Source of the DNA: Candidatus Latescibacterota bacterium
Lineage (GTDB): Bacteria; Latescibacterota; UBA2968; UBA8231
Direction: 5' to 3'
DNA: 64,000 nt
Assembly (NCBI GenBank): GCA_965221775.1
Contig: CBDCSU010000006.1
Span: forward strand, 1,760,001 to 1,824,000
Shown in pieces: positions 26,694-37,240 of this stretch. Each line of letters opens with the position of its first letter. Positions within the stretch are counted from its first letter, which is position 1. The notes beneath the pieces were generated by a model. That model did no database searches and was not told the DNA's origin. It saw only the letters and a list, made by a program, of their open reading frames with translations. Both the position numbers and the translations under genes were made by a program.

Positions 26694-27815
26694 ATGCGGG
26701 TGTGCATGGTCCTCTTCGGGGACCTGCGATTCGACTTCCGTGTCTTCCGCGAGGCCGACGCCCTGAGGGCCGCCGGTCACCAGGTCGTGCTGGTCACCTC
26801 CGACTTCGGAGGCCACCTGCCGCCGGTGTGGGACGACTTCGAGTCTCGCCGAATCCCGGTGGATCGCTCGAAGTCCCTGCGGCGGACGTACCCGGTCTTC
26901 TGGCAGCGGGCGGCAAGACTCGCCTGGGAGGCGGATGCGGATGTCTACCACGCTCACGATCTCGACGCCTTGTGGCCGGCCGCACGGGCAGCCGGGCGCC
27001 GTGGGGCCCGGCTGGTGTATGACTCTCACGAGTTGTTCGTCGAGCAATCCTCCCTGGTACGCCGGGCCGGTGTACGCGGCTTCTGGCGCTGGCTGGAACG
27101 CCGCCTCGTCCGGCGCGTCGACCGGGTGCTGACGGTCAGCGCAGCCATCGCCGACCAGCTTCAGCAGACCTATGACCTCGAGCTGCCGCCGGTCCTTGTC
27201 CGCAACCTGCCGCCCTTCCGCGAGCCTGTCTCCGGCGACGGGCTCCGTCAGGCTCTCCGACTGGACGGCGATGACGAGCCGCTGGTCCTGTACCAGGGCG
27301 GGTTCCTCACCGACAACGGGCTGGCCGAGCAGATCACCGCCATGAGCCGCATCGGGGTGGGGCGGCTCGTGCTTCTCGGCAGCGGTCCCATGGAGGAGAG
27401 CTTGCGCAGCCAGGTGGCGTCCCTGGGCCTGCAGGACCGGGTCCGCTTCCTGCCGCGCAGACCCTTTCCGCAATTGCACGCTCTCACCTGCGGAGCCGAC
27501 CTGGGCCTTTGCGTGATCAAGCCGGCGGGCAACAGCTTTCTCTGGTCCATGCCCAACAAGCTCTTCGAGTACCTGATGGCCGGGCTGCCCGTTCTCGCCG
27601 GGGACACCCCCGAGATCCGCCGCGTGGTCGAGGACACGGGAGCCGGCGTCCTCGTCGATCCGGAGGATCCGGACGCCATCGCCGACGCGCTGGGGGAGTT
27701 GCTGACCGACGAGCCCCGCCGGCGGCAACTGGGTGAGGCGGCCGCCAGTTCCGCCCGGAGGTACTGCTGGGAGCGGGAAGCCCCCCGACTGCTGGAGGCG
27801 TACGCGCAACTGTGA
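26694..27815 (+). CDS. Glycosyltransferase family 4 protein
   Basis: DFRVFREA, VYHAHD, LVYDSHE, PNKLFEYLMAGLPV. Confidence 0.92.
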   Translation: MRVCMVLFGDLRFDFRVFREADALRAAGHQVVLVTSDFGGHLPPVWDDFESRRIPVDRSKSLRRTYPVFWQRAARLAWEADADVYHAHDLDALWPAARAAGRRGARLVYDSHELFVEQSSLVRRAGVRGFWRWLERRLVRRVDRVLTVSAAIADQLQQTYDLELPPVLVRNLPPFREPVSGDGLRQALRLDGDDEPLVLYQGGFLTDNGLAEQITAMSRIGVGRLVLLGSGPMEESLRSQVASLGLQDRVRFLPRRPFPQLHALTCGADLGLCVIKPAGNSFLWSMPNKLFEYLMAGLPVLAGDTPEIRRVVEDTGAGVLVDPEDPDAIADALGELLTDEPRRRQLGEAAASSARRYCWEREAPRLLEAYAQL

Positions 27816-28783
27816 CCACCCCGGAGTCCGTCCGCGGTCCCCGGCTCTCCGTGGTCCTGCCCACATACCGGGCGCCGGAGTTGCTGGCCGCGGCCTTGCG
27901 CTCCCTTGCCGCCCAGGATGTAGCGGCCGGCATGGCGGAGATCATCGTGGTCGACGATGGCTCGCCGGGCTTCGACCCCCTTCCACTCCCGGAACTCGCC
28001 GCGCCTCTGCCGGTGCGCTCCATTCATTTCGAGCGAAACCGCGGCCGGGCAGCGGCACGCAACGCCGGAATCGAGTCAGCCCGGGGGGAGGTGGTCGTCT
28101 TTCTCGATGGAGACATGACCGTCAGGCCCGGTTTCCTGTCTGCTCACGATGCCTTCCACCGGCACAGCCCCGGATGCGCCGCCGTCGGCGAAATCCGCTG
28201 GGGGCCGGAGATTCCGGACACCGCTCTCACTCGCTATTTCTCCAGCCGCGGGGTAGCCCGGTTCGAGCCGGGTCCCGTGCCCTTCAAGTGCTTCGTCACC
28301 GGCAACTCCTCCGTGCCCCTGTCGATTCTGCATGCGCTCGGAGGCTTCGATGAGGGACTGTCGGCCTACGGCGGCGAAGACCTGGAGCTGGGCTACCGCC
28401 TCCACCTGCATGGAGTGCCCGTCCACTCGCTACCCGGGGCCCGGAGCCTCCATCACAGTTGGAGGCCGCTTGCCGACACCTGCCGGGCCATGGAGACCTA
28501 CGGGCGGAAGTCGCTGCCCCGGATGGTCGACACCCACCCCGACCTTGCTTCGGTCCTGCGCCTCGGCTTCCTGGCCCGGGGCCGGCTCGACCCACGAAGA
28601 TGGCTGCCGCGCATGGCCCTCTGGGGACCCCTGTACCACGGTGTCCGGTGGCCGGCCGAACGCGTGGGCAAGGCGCCCTGGCCGTCCATTCTCTACGACT
28701 ACCTGTGCTGGGCGGGCCGGACCCGCGGCTACCTTCAGGCCCGTGGCCGGGACATGCCGTCCAGGGCCGGGCCCGAAGGGTGA
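27812..28783 (+). CDS. Glycosyltransferase family 2 protein
   Basis: SVVLPTY, VVDDGS, GRAAARNAG, FLDGD, GGFDE..YGGEDLELGYRL. Confidence 0.92.
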   Translation: MTTPESVRGPRLSVVLPTYRAPELLAAALRSLAAQDVAAGMAEIIVVDDGSPGFDPLPLPELAAPLPVRSIHFERNRGRAAARNAGIESARGEVVVFLDGDMTVRPGFLSAHDAFHRHSPGCAAVGEIRWGPEIPDTALTRYFSSRGVARFEPGPVPFKCFVTGNSSVPLSILHALGGFDEGLSAYGGEDLELGYRLHLHGVPVHSLPGARSLHHSWRPLADTCRAMETYGRKSLPRMVDTHPDLASVLRLGFLARGRLDPRRWLPRMALWGPLYHGVRWPAERVGKAPWPSILYDYLCWAGRTRGYLQARGRDMPSRAGPEG

Positions 28784-28854
28784 TCACCCGTTTTGGCGTC
28801 GAGAACCGCCGATCCTACCTTGGTCGAGGGCATGACGAGCCCGGGGGGATAGTG

Positions 28855-29364
28855 ATGCGTGTTGGAAGCAAGTGGGGCTTGGCCGGCCTGCTGGTCTGCT
28901 CCATCGTTGCCTTGCCAACCTCGGCAGAGGAGGATGGCGCAACGATTTGGGGCCCCGACCGCGCGAGCACGGTGAAAGCGATGAAGCAGGTGGTGCGCGC
29001 CCTGGGCGTAAGGAGCTGCCTGTACTGCCACGTAAAGTCGGAGGGACGGGTAGACTACGAGGCCGAGACAGAGCACAAGGAAATCGCCCGGATCATGAAG
29101 CGCGCCTTTGTCGACAGCCTGGTGACGCGAGGTGGTGGAGAGCTGGTGCTGAAGGAAGAGGACGAGACGCTGAGAATCAGTGCCCGCTACGAGCCCCGGG
29201 GCGAGGATGCCGGGATCTACATCACGATGGTGGAAGAGACCGTGGGAGGAAAGCCGGGCCGGGCGGTTGAAGGACGGGTCGATCTCCCCGGGAGCGGTCA
29301 GTTGACCTGCGCCACCTGCCACGCCGGCAGCGTGCACTTTCTGCCACAGCCGGGAGAGGGCTGA
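28855..29364 (+). CDS. Exported diheme c-type cytochrome resembling half of the photosynthetic reaction-centre cytochrome c (PufC-like) family
   Basis: Signal peptide, M..V.RALGV.SCLYCH, KEIAR.M, and LTCATCHAG (two CxxCH motifs). Confidence 0.8.
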   Translation: MRVGSKWGLAGLLVCSIVALPTSAEEDGATIWGPDRASTVKAMKQVVRALGVRSCLYCHVKSEGRVDYEAETEHKEIARIMKRAFVDSLVTRGGGELVLKEEDETLRISARYEPRGEDAGIYITMVEETVGGKPGRAVEGRVDLPGSGQLTCATCHAGSVHFLPQPGEG

Positions 29365-29374
29365 GGCAGGCGGG

Positions 29375-30250
29375 TCAGCCCGCCAGCGCTTCCTGCACGG
29401 TTTCGCCGATCTCGGCCGGGCTTCGGCAGACGCGGATCCCGGCCGCCTCCATGGCCTTCATCTTGTCCTCGGCGGTTCCCTCTCCGCCGGAGACAATGGC
29501 ACCCGCGTGACCCATCCTGCGGCCGGGAGGGGCGGTGCGCCCGGCGATGAAGCCGATCACCGGTCGATCGAAGTGGCGCCGCACGTAACGCGCTGCTTCC
29601 TCCTCGGCCGTACCCCCGATCTCGCCGATCATGACCACGGCCCGGGTTCCCTCGTCGTCGCGGAACAGCTTGAAGGCCTCCAGGAAGCTGGTACCGATGA
29701 TCGGGTCGCCGCCGATCCCTATGCATGTCGACTGACCCAGACCCCGTTCCGTCAGCTGCCAGACCGCCTCGTAGGTGAGCGTGCCCGAACGGGAGATGAC
29801 CCCCACGTCGCCTGCGTGGAAGATCGACCCGGGCATGATCCCGATCTTGCACTCTCCCGGGGTGATCACGCCCGGACAGTTCGGGCCGATGAGGCGAGTC
29901 CCGCGGTGGTCGCGCAGGTATTCGCCCACGCGCACCATGTCGGCCACCGGGATACCCTCGCTGATGCAGGCGACGGTAGCCATCCCGGCGTCGGCCGCCT
30001 CCATGATCGCGTCGGCGGCGAAGGGGGCGGGCACGAAGACGACGGAGGCGTCCGCCCCGGTCTCCGCGACCCCCTGGGCGACGGTGTTGAACACGGGCAG
30101 GCCCTCGAAGGTCTGACCGCCCTTGCCGGGCGTCGATCCGCCCACGACGCGGGTGCCGTACTCGACCATCTGCCGGGTGTGGAAAGACCCTTCGGACCCT
30201 GTGATCCCCTGGACAAAGACCCGGGTCGCTCTATCGACGAGGACACTCAT
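29375..30250 (-). CDS. sucD: Succinyl-CoA synthetase alpha subunit
   Basis: [34 protein letters not shown] (phospho-His). Confidence 0.97.
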   Translation of the reverse strand: MSVLVDRATRVFVQGITGSEGSFHTRQMVEYGTRVVGGSTPGKGGQTFEGLPVFNTVAQGVAETGADASVVFVPAPFAADAIMEAADAGMATVACISEGIPVADMVRVGEYLRDHRGTRLIGPNCPGVITPGECKIGIMPGSIFHAGDVGVISRSGTLTYEAVWQLTERGLGQSTCIGIGGDPIIGTSFLEAFKLFRDDEGTRAVVMIGEIGGTAEEEAARYVRRHFDRPVIGFIAGRTAPPGRRMGHAGAIVSGGEGTAEDKMKAMEAAGIRVCRSPAEIGETVQEALAG

Positions 30251-31401
30251 GGCAGCAGGGCCACGGCCTTCTCGGCCGCATCCTTGAGTCCGGTGCCCAC
30301 GGTGAAGTCGAGCTCCGAGTCGTTGAGCATTTCCGCGGCCACCTCGGCGTTCGTGCCGGCCAGACGAACGACCACCGGAACCTGCACGGCGACGTTTTCC
30401 TGGGCCTGGATCACCCCTTGGGCGACGCGGTCGCAACGCACGATGCCACCGAAGATGTTGATGAGTATCGCCTTGACCTTCGCATCGGCCAGCAGGATGC
30501 GGAACCCGTTCTCCACCGTCTCGGCGCTGGCCCCGCCCCCGATGTCGAGGAAGTTGGCGGGCTCTCCACCGGCGAGCTTGATGATGTCCATCGTCGCCAT
30601 GGCCAAGCCCGCGCCGTTCACCATGCAGCCGATGTCCCCGTCGAGCCGGATGTAGCTGAGGCCGTGCTTGGAGGCTTCGACCTCCAGAGGGTCTTCCTCG
30701 TCCAGGTCCCGCAGCTCGGCATGGTCCTTGCGCCACAGCACCGCGTTGTCGTCGAAGTTGATCTTCGCGTCGAGGGCCAACACCCGGCCATCGGTGACGA
30801 CGAGGGGGTTGATCTCGACGATGGAGCATGAGGCCGAACGGTACGCCTCGTAGAGCTTGATCAGCAGTCCGGCCACGGAGCGAGCCAGAGCGCCCTCGAA
30901 ACCGAGGCCGAAAGCCAGCCGGTTCGCCTGGAAGGGCAACAGGCCAAGGCCCGGGTGCACGGCCTCGCGCAGGATCGCCCCGGGGTTTGCGGCTGCCACC
31001 TCTTCGATCTCCACGCCGCCCTCCTGGCTGGCCATGACGACGTCGCGGCCCTGGGCCCGGTCGAGGGTGATGCCGAGGTACAGCTCCTGATCGATGGTGC
31101 TGGCCCTTTCCACCAGGACCTGCTTCACCTTCCGGCCCTCGGGGCCGGTCTGATGGGTCACCAGCTGCATGCCGAGGATCTGCCCGGCGGCCTTCCGTGC
31201 ATCTGCGGCCGATTCGGCGAGCGCGATGCCGCCGCCCTTCCCCCTCCCGCCGGCGTGGATCTGCGCCTTCACGACGACGGGCCCGCCCAGCTCCCGGGCC
31301 ACGGATTCGGCCTCCTCCGGACTGTGGGCCACGCCGCCGGCAGGCACGGGCACACCGTGTCGCCGCAGCAACTCCTTTGCCTGGAATTCGTGGATCTTCA
31401 T
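30247..31401 (-). CDS. sucC: Succinyl-CoA synthetase beta subunit (ADP-forming)
   Basis: [54 protein letters not shown]. Confidence 0.97.
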   Translation of the reverse strand: MKIHEFQAKELLRRHGVPVPAGGVAHSPEEAESVARELGGPVVVKAQIHAGGRGKGGGIALAESAADARKAAGQILGMQLVTHQTGPEGRKVKQVLVERASTIDQELYLGITLDRAQGRDVVMASQEGGVEIEEVAAANPGAILREAVHPGLGLLPFQANRLAFGLGFEGALARSVAGLLIKLYEAYRSASCSIVEINPLVVTDGRVLALDAKINFDDNAVLWRKDHAELRDLDEEDPLEVEASKHGLSYIRLDGDIGCMVNGAGLAMATMDIIKLAGGEPANFLDIGGGASAETVENGFRILLADAKVKAILINIFGGIVRCDRVAQGVIQAQENVAVQVPVVVRLAGTNAEVAAEMLNDSELDFTVGTGLKDAAEKAVALLP

Positions 31402-31525
31402 GTTCCCGCACTCTCTCGCAGAGACGTTGCCCTGCCGGGGTCAAGAGGGCTGGCGGGTCGCCTCGCCCGGCTCCGGATGGCTCAGGATCTTCGGGATGAG
31501 GCCGGGCCCTCCGACGGAGGGCGGC

Positions 31526-31885
31526 TCACAGCAAGACCAACAACAGCCAGGCCGCGGCGGCGGTGCCTGCCAGCGCCACCCCGTAGCAGAGCACGGCCAC
31601 CGGCATGTGGGCGCGGATCCCGAGCTCGTACAGGGTGAAGCGGATACGGTGAGCGGCGTGAAACAGGGGCATGGCCAGCAGGACGAAGAGATACACCCTC
31701 ACCAGGGGAGAACCGGTCAAGGCCTGCATGCGCCCGTAGGCAACGTCCCCTGGGTCGATCCAGGCCAAGGGGACCGCCAGGCCGTCCAGCAGGATATGGA
31801 TCGGTACCAGCAGGGCGGCCACGACGCCGCCGGCCGAGAACATCCCCCACCAGAAGGGCTCCTTGGTGTCTTTCCTGTAGTTCAC
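31526..31885 (-). CDS. frdD: Fumarate reductase membrane anchor subunit D
   Basis: EPFWWGMFSAGG and PLFHAAHRI resemble E. coli FrdD. Three TM helices. Confidence 0.9.
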   Translation of the reverse strand: MNYRKDTKEPFWWGMFSAGGVVAALLVPIHILLDGLAVPLAWIDPGDVAYGRMQALTGSPLVRVYLFVLLAMPLFHAAHRIRFTLYELGIRAHMPVAVLCYGVALAGTAAAAWLLLVLL

Positions 31886-31895
31886 GCCGAACCGT

Positions 31896-32306
31896 TCACG
31901 CGCCGAGGAAGTACGCCGCCACGGCTGCAGAGATCACGACCCAGGCGCCGAGGGCGCCCGCCAGCATCATCCACCCTGGCATGGTCCAGGCGCCCAGGCG
32001 CACGACCTGGATTCTGGAAGCGGCCTGGAACCAGGTCACCGTGTGGTAGACGGCAAACAGAAAGGCGACGCCGTAGAGCGCCACGGCGCCCGGCCTGCTC
32101 AGCGAATCCCGCAGGTTCGCGTAGGCCTCCGGCCCCCTGGACAACTGGAAGAACTCGTAGAGGTAGACCAGCACGAAGAGAGCGATGAAGACGCTCGACA
32201 ACTCGCGCATCATGAACAGGAAGTAGCTCCTCGACTTCAGCCACCAAGTGGCCGACATCTCGGGCCGGTAGACCTTGGACGAGGTGTACGAACCCGGCTG
32301 GCTCAT
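31896..32306 (-). CDS. frdC: Fumarate reductase membrane anchor subunit C
   Basis: YRPEMSATWWLK..Y..FMMRE and YHTVTWF resemble E. coli FrdC. ATG at 32306 with RBS. Confidence 0.9.
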   Translation of the reverse strand: MSQPGSYTSSKVYRPEMSATWWLKSRSYFLFMMRELSSVFIALFVLVYLYEFFQLSRGPEAYANLRDSLSRPGAVALYGVAFLFAVYHTVTWFQAASRIQVVRLGAWTMPGWMMLAGALGAWVVISAAVAAYFLGA

Positions 32307-32316
32307 GGCGTCCCCT

Positions 32317-33063
32317 TCACTTTCCTCCGAAGGGCATGAGAATCGACTTGAACCAGTGCTGGGTGGCGGCCACCTTCGTACGCTGAATCGCCGCGGCCGG
32401 ATCGACATCCTTCGGGCAGACCTCCGAGCACTCGCCGACGAAGGTGCACTCCCAGATACCCTGACTCGAGGCGACGACCTCGGCACGCTCGTCGTTGCCC
32501 TGGTCGCGGCTGTCCAGGTTGTAGCGATGGCCCAAGGCCAACGCTGCCGGGCCGATGAACTCCTGCTCCCGTCCATAGACAGGGCAGGCCGAGTAGCAGA
32601 GCATGCAGTTGATGCACATGCTGAACTGCTTGAACTCCTTGAGTTCCGCCGGCGACTGCAGGTACTCGCCGTCACTGACCGGTTTCTCTTCCTCGCGCAC
32701 GATCCATGGCTTGACGGCCTTCAGCTTGTCCATGAAGTCGTCCATGTCGATCACCAGATCGCGGATGATCCCGAAGTTGGCCAGGGGCTCCACGCGGACC
32801 GGGTCGGGATAATAGTCGCGCAGGAAGGTGGCACATGTGAGCTTGGGTTCTCCGTTGACCATCATTCCGCAACTGCCGCACACGCCCATGCGGCACGACC
32901 AGCGGTAGGACAGGGACTCGTCGACCTCGTCCTTGATGTGGTTGAGGGCATCGAGGAGAACCCAGTCTTCCCGATAGGGGATCTGGTAGTCCTGTGTCGA
33001 GGGCTTCTCGTCGGCCTCGGGGTTGTAGCGCGTGACGGAGAGGGTGATCTTGGCGTCGCTCAT
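32317..33063 (-). CDS. frdB: Fumarate reductase/succinate dehydrogenase iron-sulfur subunit
   Basis: [35 protein letters not shown]. Confidence 0.95.
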   Translation of the reverse strand: MSDAKITLSVTRYNPEADEKPSTQDYQIPYREDWVLLDALNHIKDEVDESLSYRWSCRMGVCGSCGMMVNGEPKLTCATFLRDYYPDPVRVEPLANFGIIRDLVIDMDDFMDKLKAVKPWIVREEEKPVSDGEYLQSPAELKEFKQFSMCINCMLCYSACPVYGREQEFIGPAALALGHRYNLDSRDQGNDERAEVVASSQGIWECTFVGECSEVCPKDVDPAAAIQRTKVAATQHWFKSILMPFGGK

Positions 33064-34781
33064 CAGTACTTCCGCTCCTCGGGCTGCCAGCGCGTGATCG
33101 TGGCCGGGAGGTACTCGATCCTCGGGTCCCCGCCTCCCGGGTCGCGAATGGCCAGGGAGTGGGAGAGAAAGCGGCCGTCGTCCCGGGATTCGTGGTCGGA
33201 GCGGGCATGGGAGCCCCGGGACTCTTCCCGCAGCAGGGCGGAGTGGGCGAGGGACTCCGCCACGTCGAGCATGCACCCGAGTTCGAGGGCCGTGGTCAGC
33301 TGGGTGTTGAAGACCAGGGAGTGATCGTCGATGCGCACCCGCTGGTAGCGCTCCTTGAGGGCGCGGATCTGCTCGCAGGCGATGGTCAGGTCCTCGGCCG
33401 TGCGGTAGATGCCGGCGCCCGACTCCATCGTCCCCTGAAGGTCGGTGCGGATCTGGCTCACCTTTTCGGTACGACCCTCGTCCTCGCCCAGCAAGGTGGA
33501 CCGGATGCGCTCCTCCTCATCGCGGACCAGGGCCTCCAGCACCCCGGATCGGGGGCTGTCCTGTTCGCTGGCGGAACGCCCGGCGGCCCTCCCCGCGCGG
33601 GCACCGAAGACCAAACACTCGGTCAGGGAGTTGGAGCCCAGGCGATTGGCGCCATTCAGGCTCACGCAGGCCGTCTCACCGGCGGCGTAGAGGCCGGCCA
33701 CGGGGGTGGCGCCGTCGATGTCGGTGTGGACGCCACCCATCATGTAGTGGACGACCGGGCGCACCGGAATCGGTTCGTGGACGGGGTCGATGCCCACATA
33801 GTTGCGGGTAAGCTCGCGCACGAAGGGCAGTTTCTCGTCGATGGCCTTCTCGCCAAGATGCCGCAGATCCAGATGCACGTATTGCCCGTGCTCACCTTCG
33901 AAGACCCGTCCCGCCCGCATCTCGTGGACGAAGGCGCGGGAGAGGATGTCACGGGGCCCGAGCTCCATCTTGCCGGGCACGTACTCGCTCAGATACCGGT
34001 CCCCCTCGCTGTTGACCAGGTACCCCCCCTCACCCCGCGAGGCCTCCGTCATCAGGATTCCGGTGACCGGCAACCCTGTCGGATGGTACTGAACGAACTC
34101 CATGTCCTTCAGGGGGCAGCCGGACCGATAGGCCATGGACATGCCGTCGCCGGTCTTGATGGCGGCATTCGTCGTGAAGGGGAAAACCCGTCCCCCGCCG
34201 CCCGTGCACAGGATGACAGACCGGGCGGGAAGGGCGTGCAGGCCTCCTTGGTGAAGGCTCAGGGCGCCGACGCCGCACACCCTGCCATCGTCGACGAGCA
34301 GAGAGGTGACGTACCACTCGTCGTAGCGGTGGATCCGGCTGTGTTTCAGCGATGTCTGAAACAGCGCGTGCAGCATGTGGAAGCCGGTCTTGTCGGCGGC
34401 GTAAAGGGTGCGCTTCGTGCTCATGCCGCCGAAGGCGCGCACGCTGACTCGGCCGTCCGGGTCACGGCTCCACGGACACCCCCAATGCTCAAGCTGAATG
34501 AGCTCCCCGGGTGCCTCTTTGACGAAAGCCTCGACCACGTCCTGATCTGCGATAAAATCCGATCCCTTGATCGTGTCGTAGGCATGGGAGTCGAGACTGT
34601 CGTCGTCACGGACCACGGCGGCCGACCCGCCTTCGGCGGAGACCGTATGGGAGCGCATGGGGTAGACCTTGGACACCAGGCCGACGTGGATGTCGGGGTC
34701 GGCCTCGACGGCGGCGATGGCGGCGCGCAGACCGGCGGCCCCGCCCCCGATGATGAGGACGTCGAGTGAGGGGGGGGTCAT
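33063..34781 (-). CDS. frdA: Fumarate reductase/succinate dehydrogenase flavoprotein subunit
   Basis: [22 protein letters not shown] (covalent FAD His), [28 protein letters not shown]. Confidence 0.95.
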   Translation of the reverse strand: MTPPSLDVLIIGGGAAGLRAAIAAVEADPDIHVGLVSKVYPMRSHTVSAEGGSAAVVRDDDSLDSHAYDTIKGSDFIADQDVVEAFVKEAPGELIQLEHWGCPWSRDPDGRVSVRAFGGMSTKRTLYAADKTGFHMLHALFQTSLKHSRIHRYDEWYVTSLLVDDGRVCGVGALSLHQGGLHALPARSVILCTGGGGRVFPFTTNAAIKTGDGMSMAYRSGCPLKDMEFVQYHPTGLPVTGILMTEASRGEGGYLVNSEGDRYLSEYVPGKMELGPRDILSRAFVHEMRAGRVFEGEHGQYVHLDLRHLGEKAIDEKLPFVRELTRNYVGIDPVHEPIPVRPVVHYMMGGVHTDIDGATPVAGLYAAGETACVSLNGANRLGSNSLTECLVFGARAGRAAGRSASEQDSPRSGVLEALVRDEEERIRSTLLGEDEGRTEKVSQIRTDLQGTMESGAGIYRTAEDLTIACEQIRALKERYQRVRIDDHSLVFNTQLTTALELGCMLDVAESLAHSALLREESRGSHARSDHESRDDGRFLSHSLAIRDPGGGDPRIEYLPATITRWQPEERKY

Positions 34782-34923
34782 GTCGGGGTTGTGGATCGAG
34801 GGACCGGTAGAACTACCGCGGAACCGCTGCGGCCGGCCTCAGAGCCGAGGCGACCGGAAGCGCCTCGGTAAGGGGCCTGGTTCACGACAATGGCGACCCG
34901 GTGGCCGTACAGCACGGTCTGGA

Positions 34924-35184
34924 TCAGGCGGTGACGGGCTCGATGCGGACTCGCTTGCGGCGGCGGCCGGCCGATTCGAAAACGACCCGGCCGTCGACAC
35001 AGGCGAAGAGGGTATCGTCGCCGCCTTTGCGGACATTCTGACCAGGGTGAATTCGAGTGCCCCGCTGGCGGATGATGATGGTCCCGGCCTGAACAGATTG
35101 GCCGCCAGCGCTCTTGACTCCCAAGCGCTTGGAGTTGCTGTCACGACCGTTCCTGGAGCTGCCAACGCCTTTTTTGTGTGCCAT
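34924..35184 (-). CDS. rpmA: 50S ribosomal protein L27
   Basis: [24 protein letters not shown]. Confidence 0.98.
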   Translation of the reverse strand: MAHKKGVGSSRNGRDSNSKRLGVKSAGGQSVQAGTIIIRQRGTRIHPGQNVRKGGDDTLFACVDGRVVFESAGRRRKRVRIEPVTA

Positions 35185-35195
35185 GCGGGATTCCG

Positions 35196-35513
35196 TCAGT
35201 TCGGGGCAACGATGCCGTCGATCTTGAGCTCGGTGTAGTCCTGCCGGTGCCCGTTGCGGCGGCGGTAGTTCTTCCGGCGCTTGATCTTGAAGACCACGAT
35301 CTTCTCGGCCCGCCCGTGACCAAGGACGGTCGCCTCCACCGATGCCCCGTCGACATGGGGGCTGCCCACATGCGTGCCGCTGTCCGTGCGAAGGAGCAGG
35401 ACCTGGGAAAGCACCTGCCTGTCGCCCTCTTGCAGGGCCAGCCTGGGGACGCGGACTACTTCCCCCTCCTCCACCTGAATCTGCTTGCCAGCGATATCGA
35501 CAACGGCGTACAA
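35196..35513 (-). CDS. rplU: 50S ribosomal protein L21
   Basis: [31 protein letters not shown] start with AGGAGG RBS. Confidence 0.97.
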   Translation of the reverse strand: MYAVVDIAGKQIQVEEGEVVRVPRLALQEGDRQVLSQVLLLRTDSGTHVGSPHVDGASVEATVLGHGRAEKIVVFKIKRRKNYRRRNGHRQDYTELKIDGIVAPN

Positions 35514-35537
35514 GGATCCTCCTTCAGCGAACCGCAG

Positions 35538-35566
35538 AAGCTACGGGGGGGCTCCTGATCTGTCAA
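35538..35566 (-). promoter_or_regulatory. sigma70-type promoter for rplU-rpmA
   Basis: TTGACA-N17-TAGCTT on the minus strand, overlapping the rng stop codon. Confidence 0.6.
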
Positions 35567-37083
35567 TTCCGGTATTCGGCGGTCACGTCGAGGTGTCGCT
35601 TCACCGAGTAGAACCGGTAATCCTGGGGTGTCATCTCAGCGTCCTCCTCGATGTCCAAGCGCGCCTTGGTGGCCTTGCGCATGTCCTTCAGGCGGTCGCC
35701 GTTGTCCGACCGCATGTATGTGGCCACGTCGGGGTGGACCCGGAGCCGGAAGCGCCGCTCCCCATTGCCCGCGTAGGCCCGGCGCAACCAGCGCTCGATC
35801 TTGGTGATCGTCGTGTCGGGCCCCATGACCCTGCCTGTCCCGGCACACACCGGACACGGCTCTGACTGAGTGTGAAGCAGGTTCGGGCGCACTCGCTGGC
35901 GCGTCATCTCGATCAGGCCGAACTCGGAGATCCGGGCGCTGATGGAGACCTTGGCGCGATCCCGGCGCACCTGCTCGATCATGGCATCCACGAGCTTCCT
36001 GCGGTTGCGCTCGTCGTGCATGTCGATGAAGTCGATGACGATGATGCCTCCGATGTCGCGCAGGCGCAGTTGGCGGGCGACCTCCCTGGCCGCTTCCAGG
36101 TTGGTATGCAGGATGCTCTCTTCCTGATCGCGCTTGCCGGTGTTTCGCGCCGAGTTCACATCGATGAAGGTGCCGGCTTCGGCATGGTCGATGACCAGGG
36201 AGCCGCCCTTGCGCATTCGGACCTCGCGTTCGGTGACCTTCTCCATCTCCTTCTCCACCTTGAAGTGGTCGAAGATCGGTTTCCGGTCCCGATAGAGCTC
36301 CACCCGCTCTCGCAACTCGGGGGAGACGCTCTTGAGGTATCCGATGATCTCGCGGTGCAGCTCCCGCGAGTCCACCACCAGTCGGTCGACGTTGTCGGTG
36401 AAGAGATCCCGTATGATGCTCGACGTCATTCCCAGCTCCTGGTGCACCAGGGCCGGGGCCGGGGCCCGGCGGGCCTTCTTCTGCAGGCGCCGATAGGCGC
36501 GGTGCAGCTGTTTCAGGTCGCGCCGGAAGTCCTTCTCCTGCTGGCCTCGTCCCTCTGTGCGCACGATCACGGAGAACCCCTCCGGCAACTGCTTCCGCAC
36601 TACCTCCCTCAGTCGCCGGCGCTCATTCCAGTTGCTGATCTTGCGGGACACGCCCACCCAATCCCCGTTGGCCATGAGCACGACGAACCGGCCGGCCAGG
36701 GCCAGTTGAGTGGTGATGCGGGCGCCCTTGGTGCCAATCGGCTCCTTCGTGATCTGCACGAGCAGTTCCTGGCCCTTCTTCACAAGGTCCTGGATCGGAG
36801 GATACTGGCGGGGACGACGGCCGTTTCTGCGGCCGCTGTCCTCCTCCTCGTTCTCTGCCTCTACCAAGTCCCGGACTTGGAGGAAAGCGGTCCGCTCCTG
36901 CCCGATGTCGACGAAAGCAGCCTGCAGGCTCGGCAGGACGGCAGTCACCTTGCCCTTGTAGATGTCTCCGACCATTCGCTCCGCTTCCGGGCGTTCCACC
37001 CAGATTTCGGCCAGCTCACCTTCCTCGACTATGGCGATACGGGACTCGTGAATTCCCTGGTTGATGAAGATCTCCGTTCCCAT
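35563..37083 (-). CDS. rng: Ribonuclease E/G family protein (Rng-length, no long scaffold)
   Basis: GDIYKGKV..LPSLQAAFVDIG, VQITKEPIGTKGAR, IDVNS, QLRLRDIGGIIVIDFIDM, CPVCAGTG. Confidence 0.92.
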   Translation of the reverse strand: MGTEIFINQGIHESRIAIVEEGELAEIWVERPEAERMVGDIYKGKVTAVLPSLQAAFVDIGQERTAFLQVRDLVEAENEEEDSGRRNGRRPRQYPPIQDLVKKGQELLVQITKEPIGTKGARITTQLALAGRFVVLMANGDWVGVSRKISNWNERRRLREVVRKQLPEGFSVIVRTEGRGQQEKDFRRDLKQLHRAYRRLQKKARRAPAPALVHQELGMTSSIIRDLFTDNVDRLVVDSRELHREIIGYLKSVSPELRERVELYRDRKPIFDHFKVEKEMEKVTEREVRMRKGGSLVIDHAEAGTFIDVNSARNTGKRDQEESILHTNLEAAREVARQLRLRDIGGIIVIDFIDMHDERNRRKLVDAMIEQVRRDRAKVSISARISEFGLIEMTRQRVRPNLLHTQSEPCPVCAGTGRVMGPDTTITKIERWLRRAYAGNGERRFRLRVHPDVATYMRSDNGDRLKDMRKATKARLDIEEDAEMTPQDYRFYSVKRHLDVTAEYRN

Positions 37084-37240
37084 TCTCACTCCGACAGGGG
37101 GACGCAGGGTCCCCGTGATTTCAGTTTTTTCAGATATTCGCCCCTTGAGGTTGCCGCAGAAGGCGCGCTCGAAGGCGGCAGCCCTGCAGGACGACCTCTG
37201 GGGGACATGTGCGGTTCCGCGGCCGGGAGAGCGGGGAGGG

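Noticed and set aside
29375-31444. 689-aa ORF suggesting an N-terminally extended SucD
   Set aside because: The extension is an Arg/Pro/Gly-rich alternative frame over sucC. SucD starts at 30250 with an ATGA overlap.
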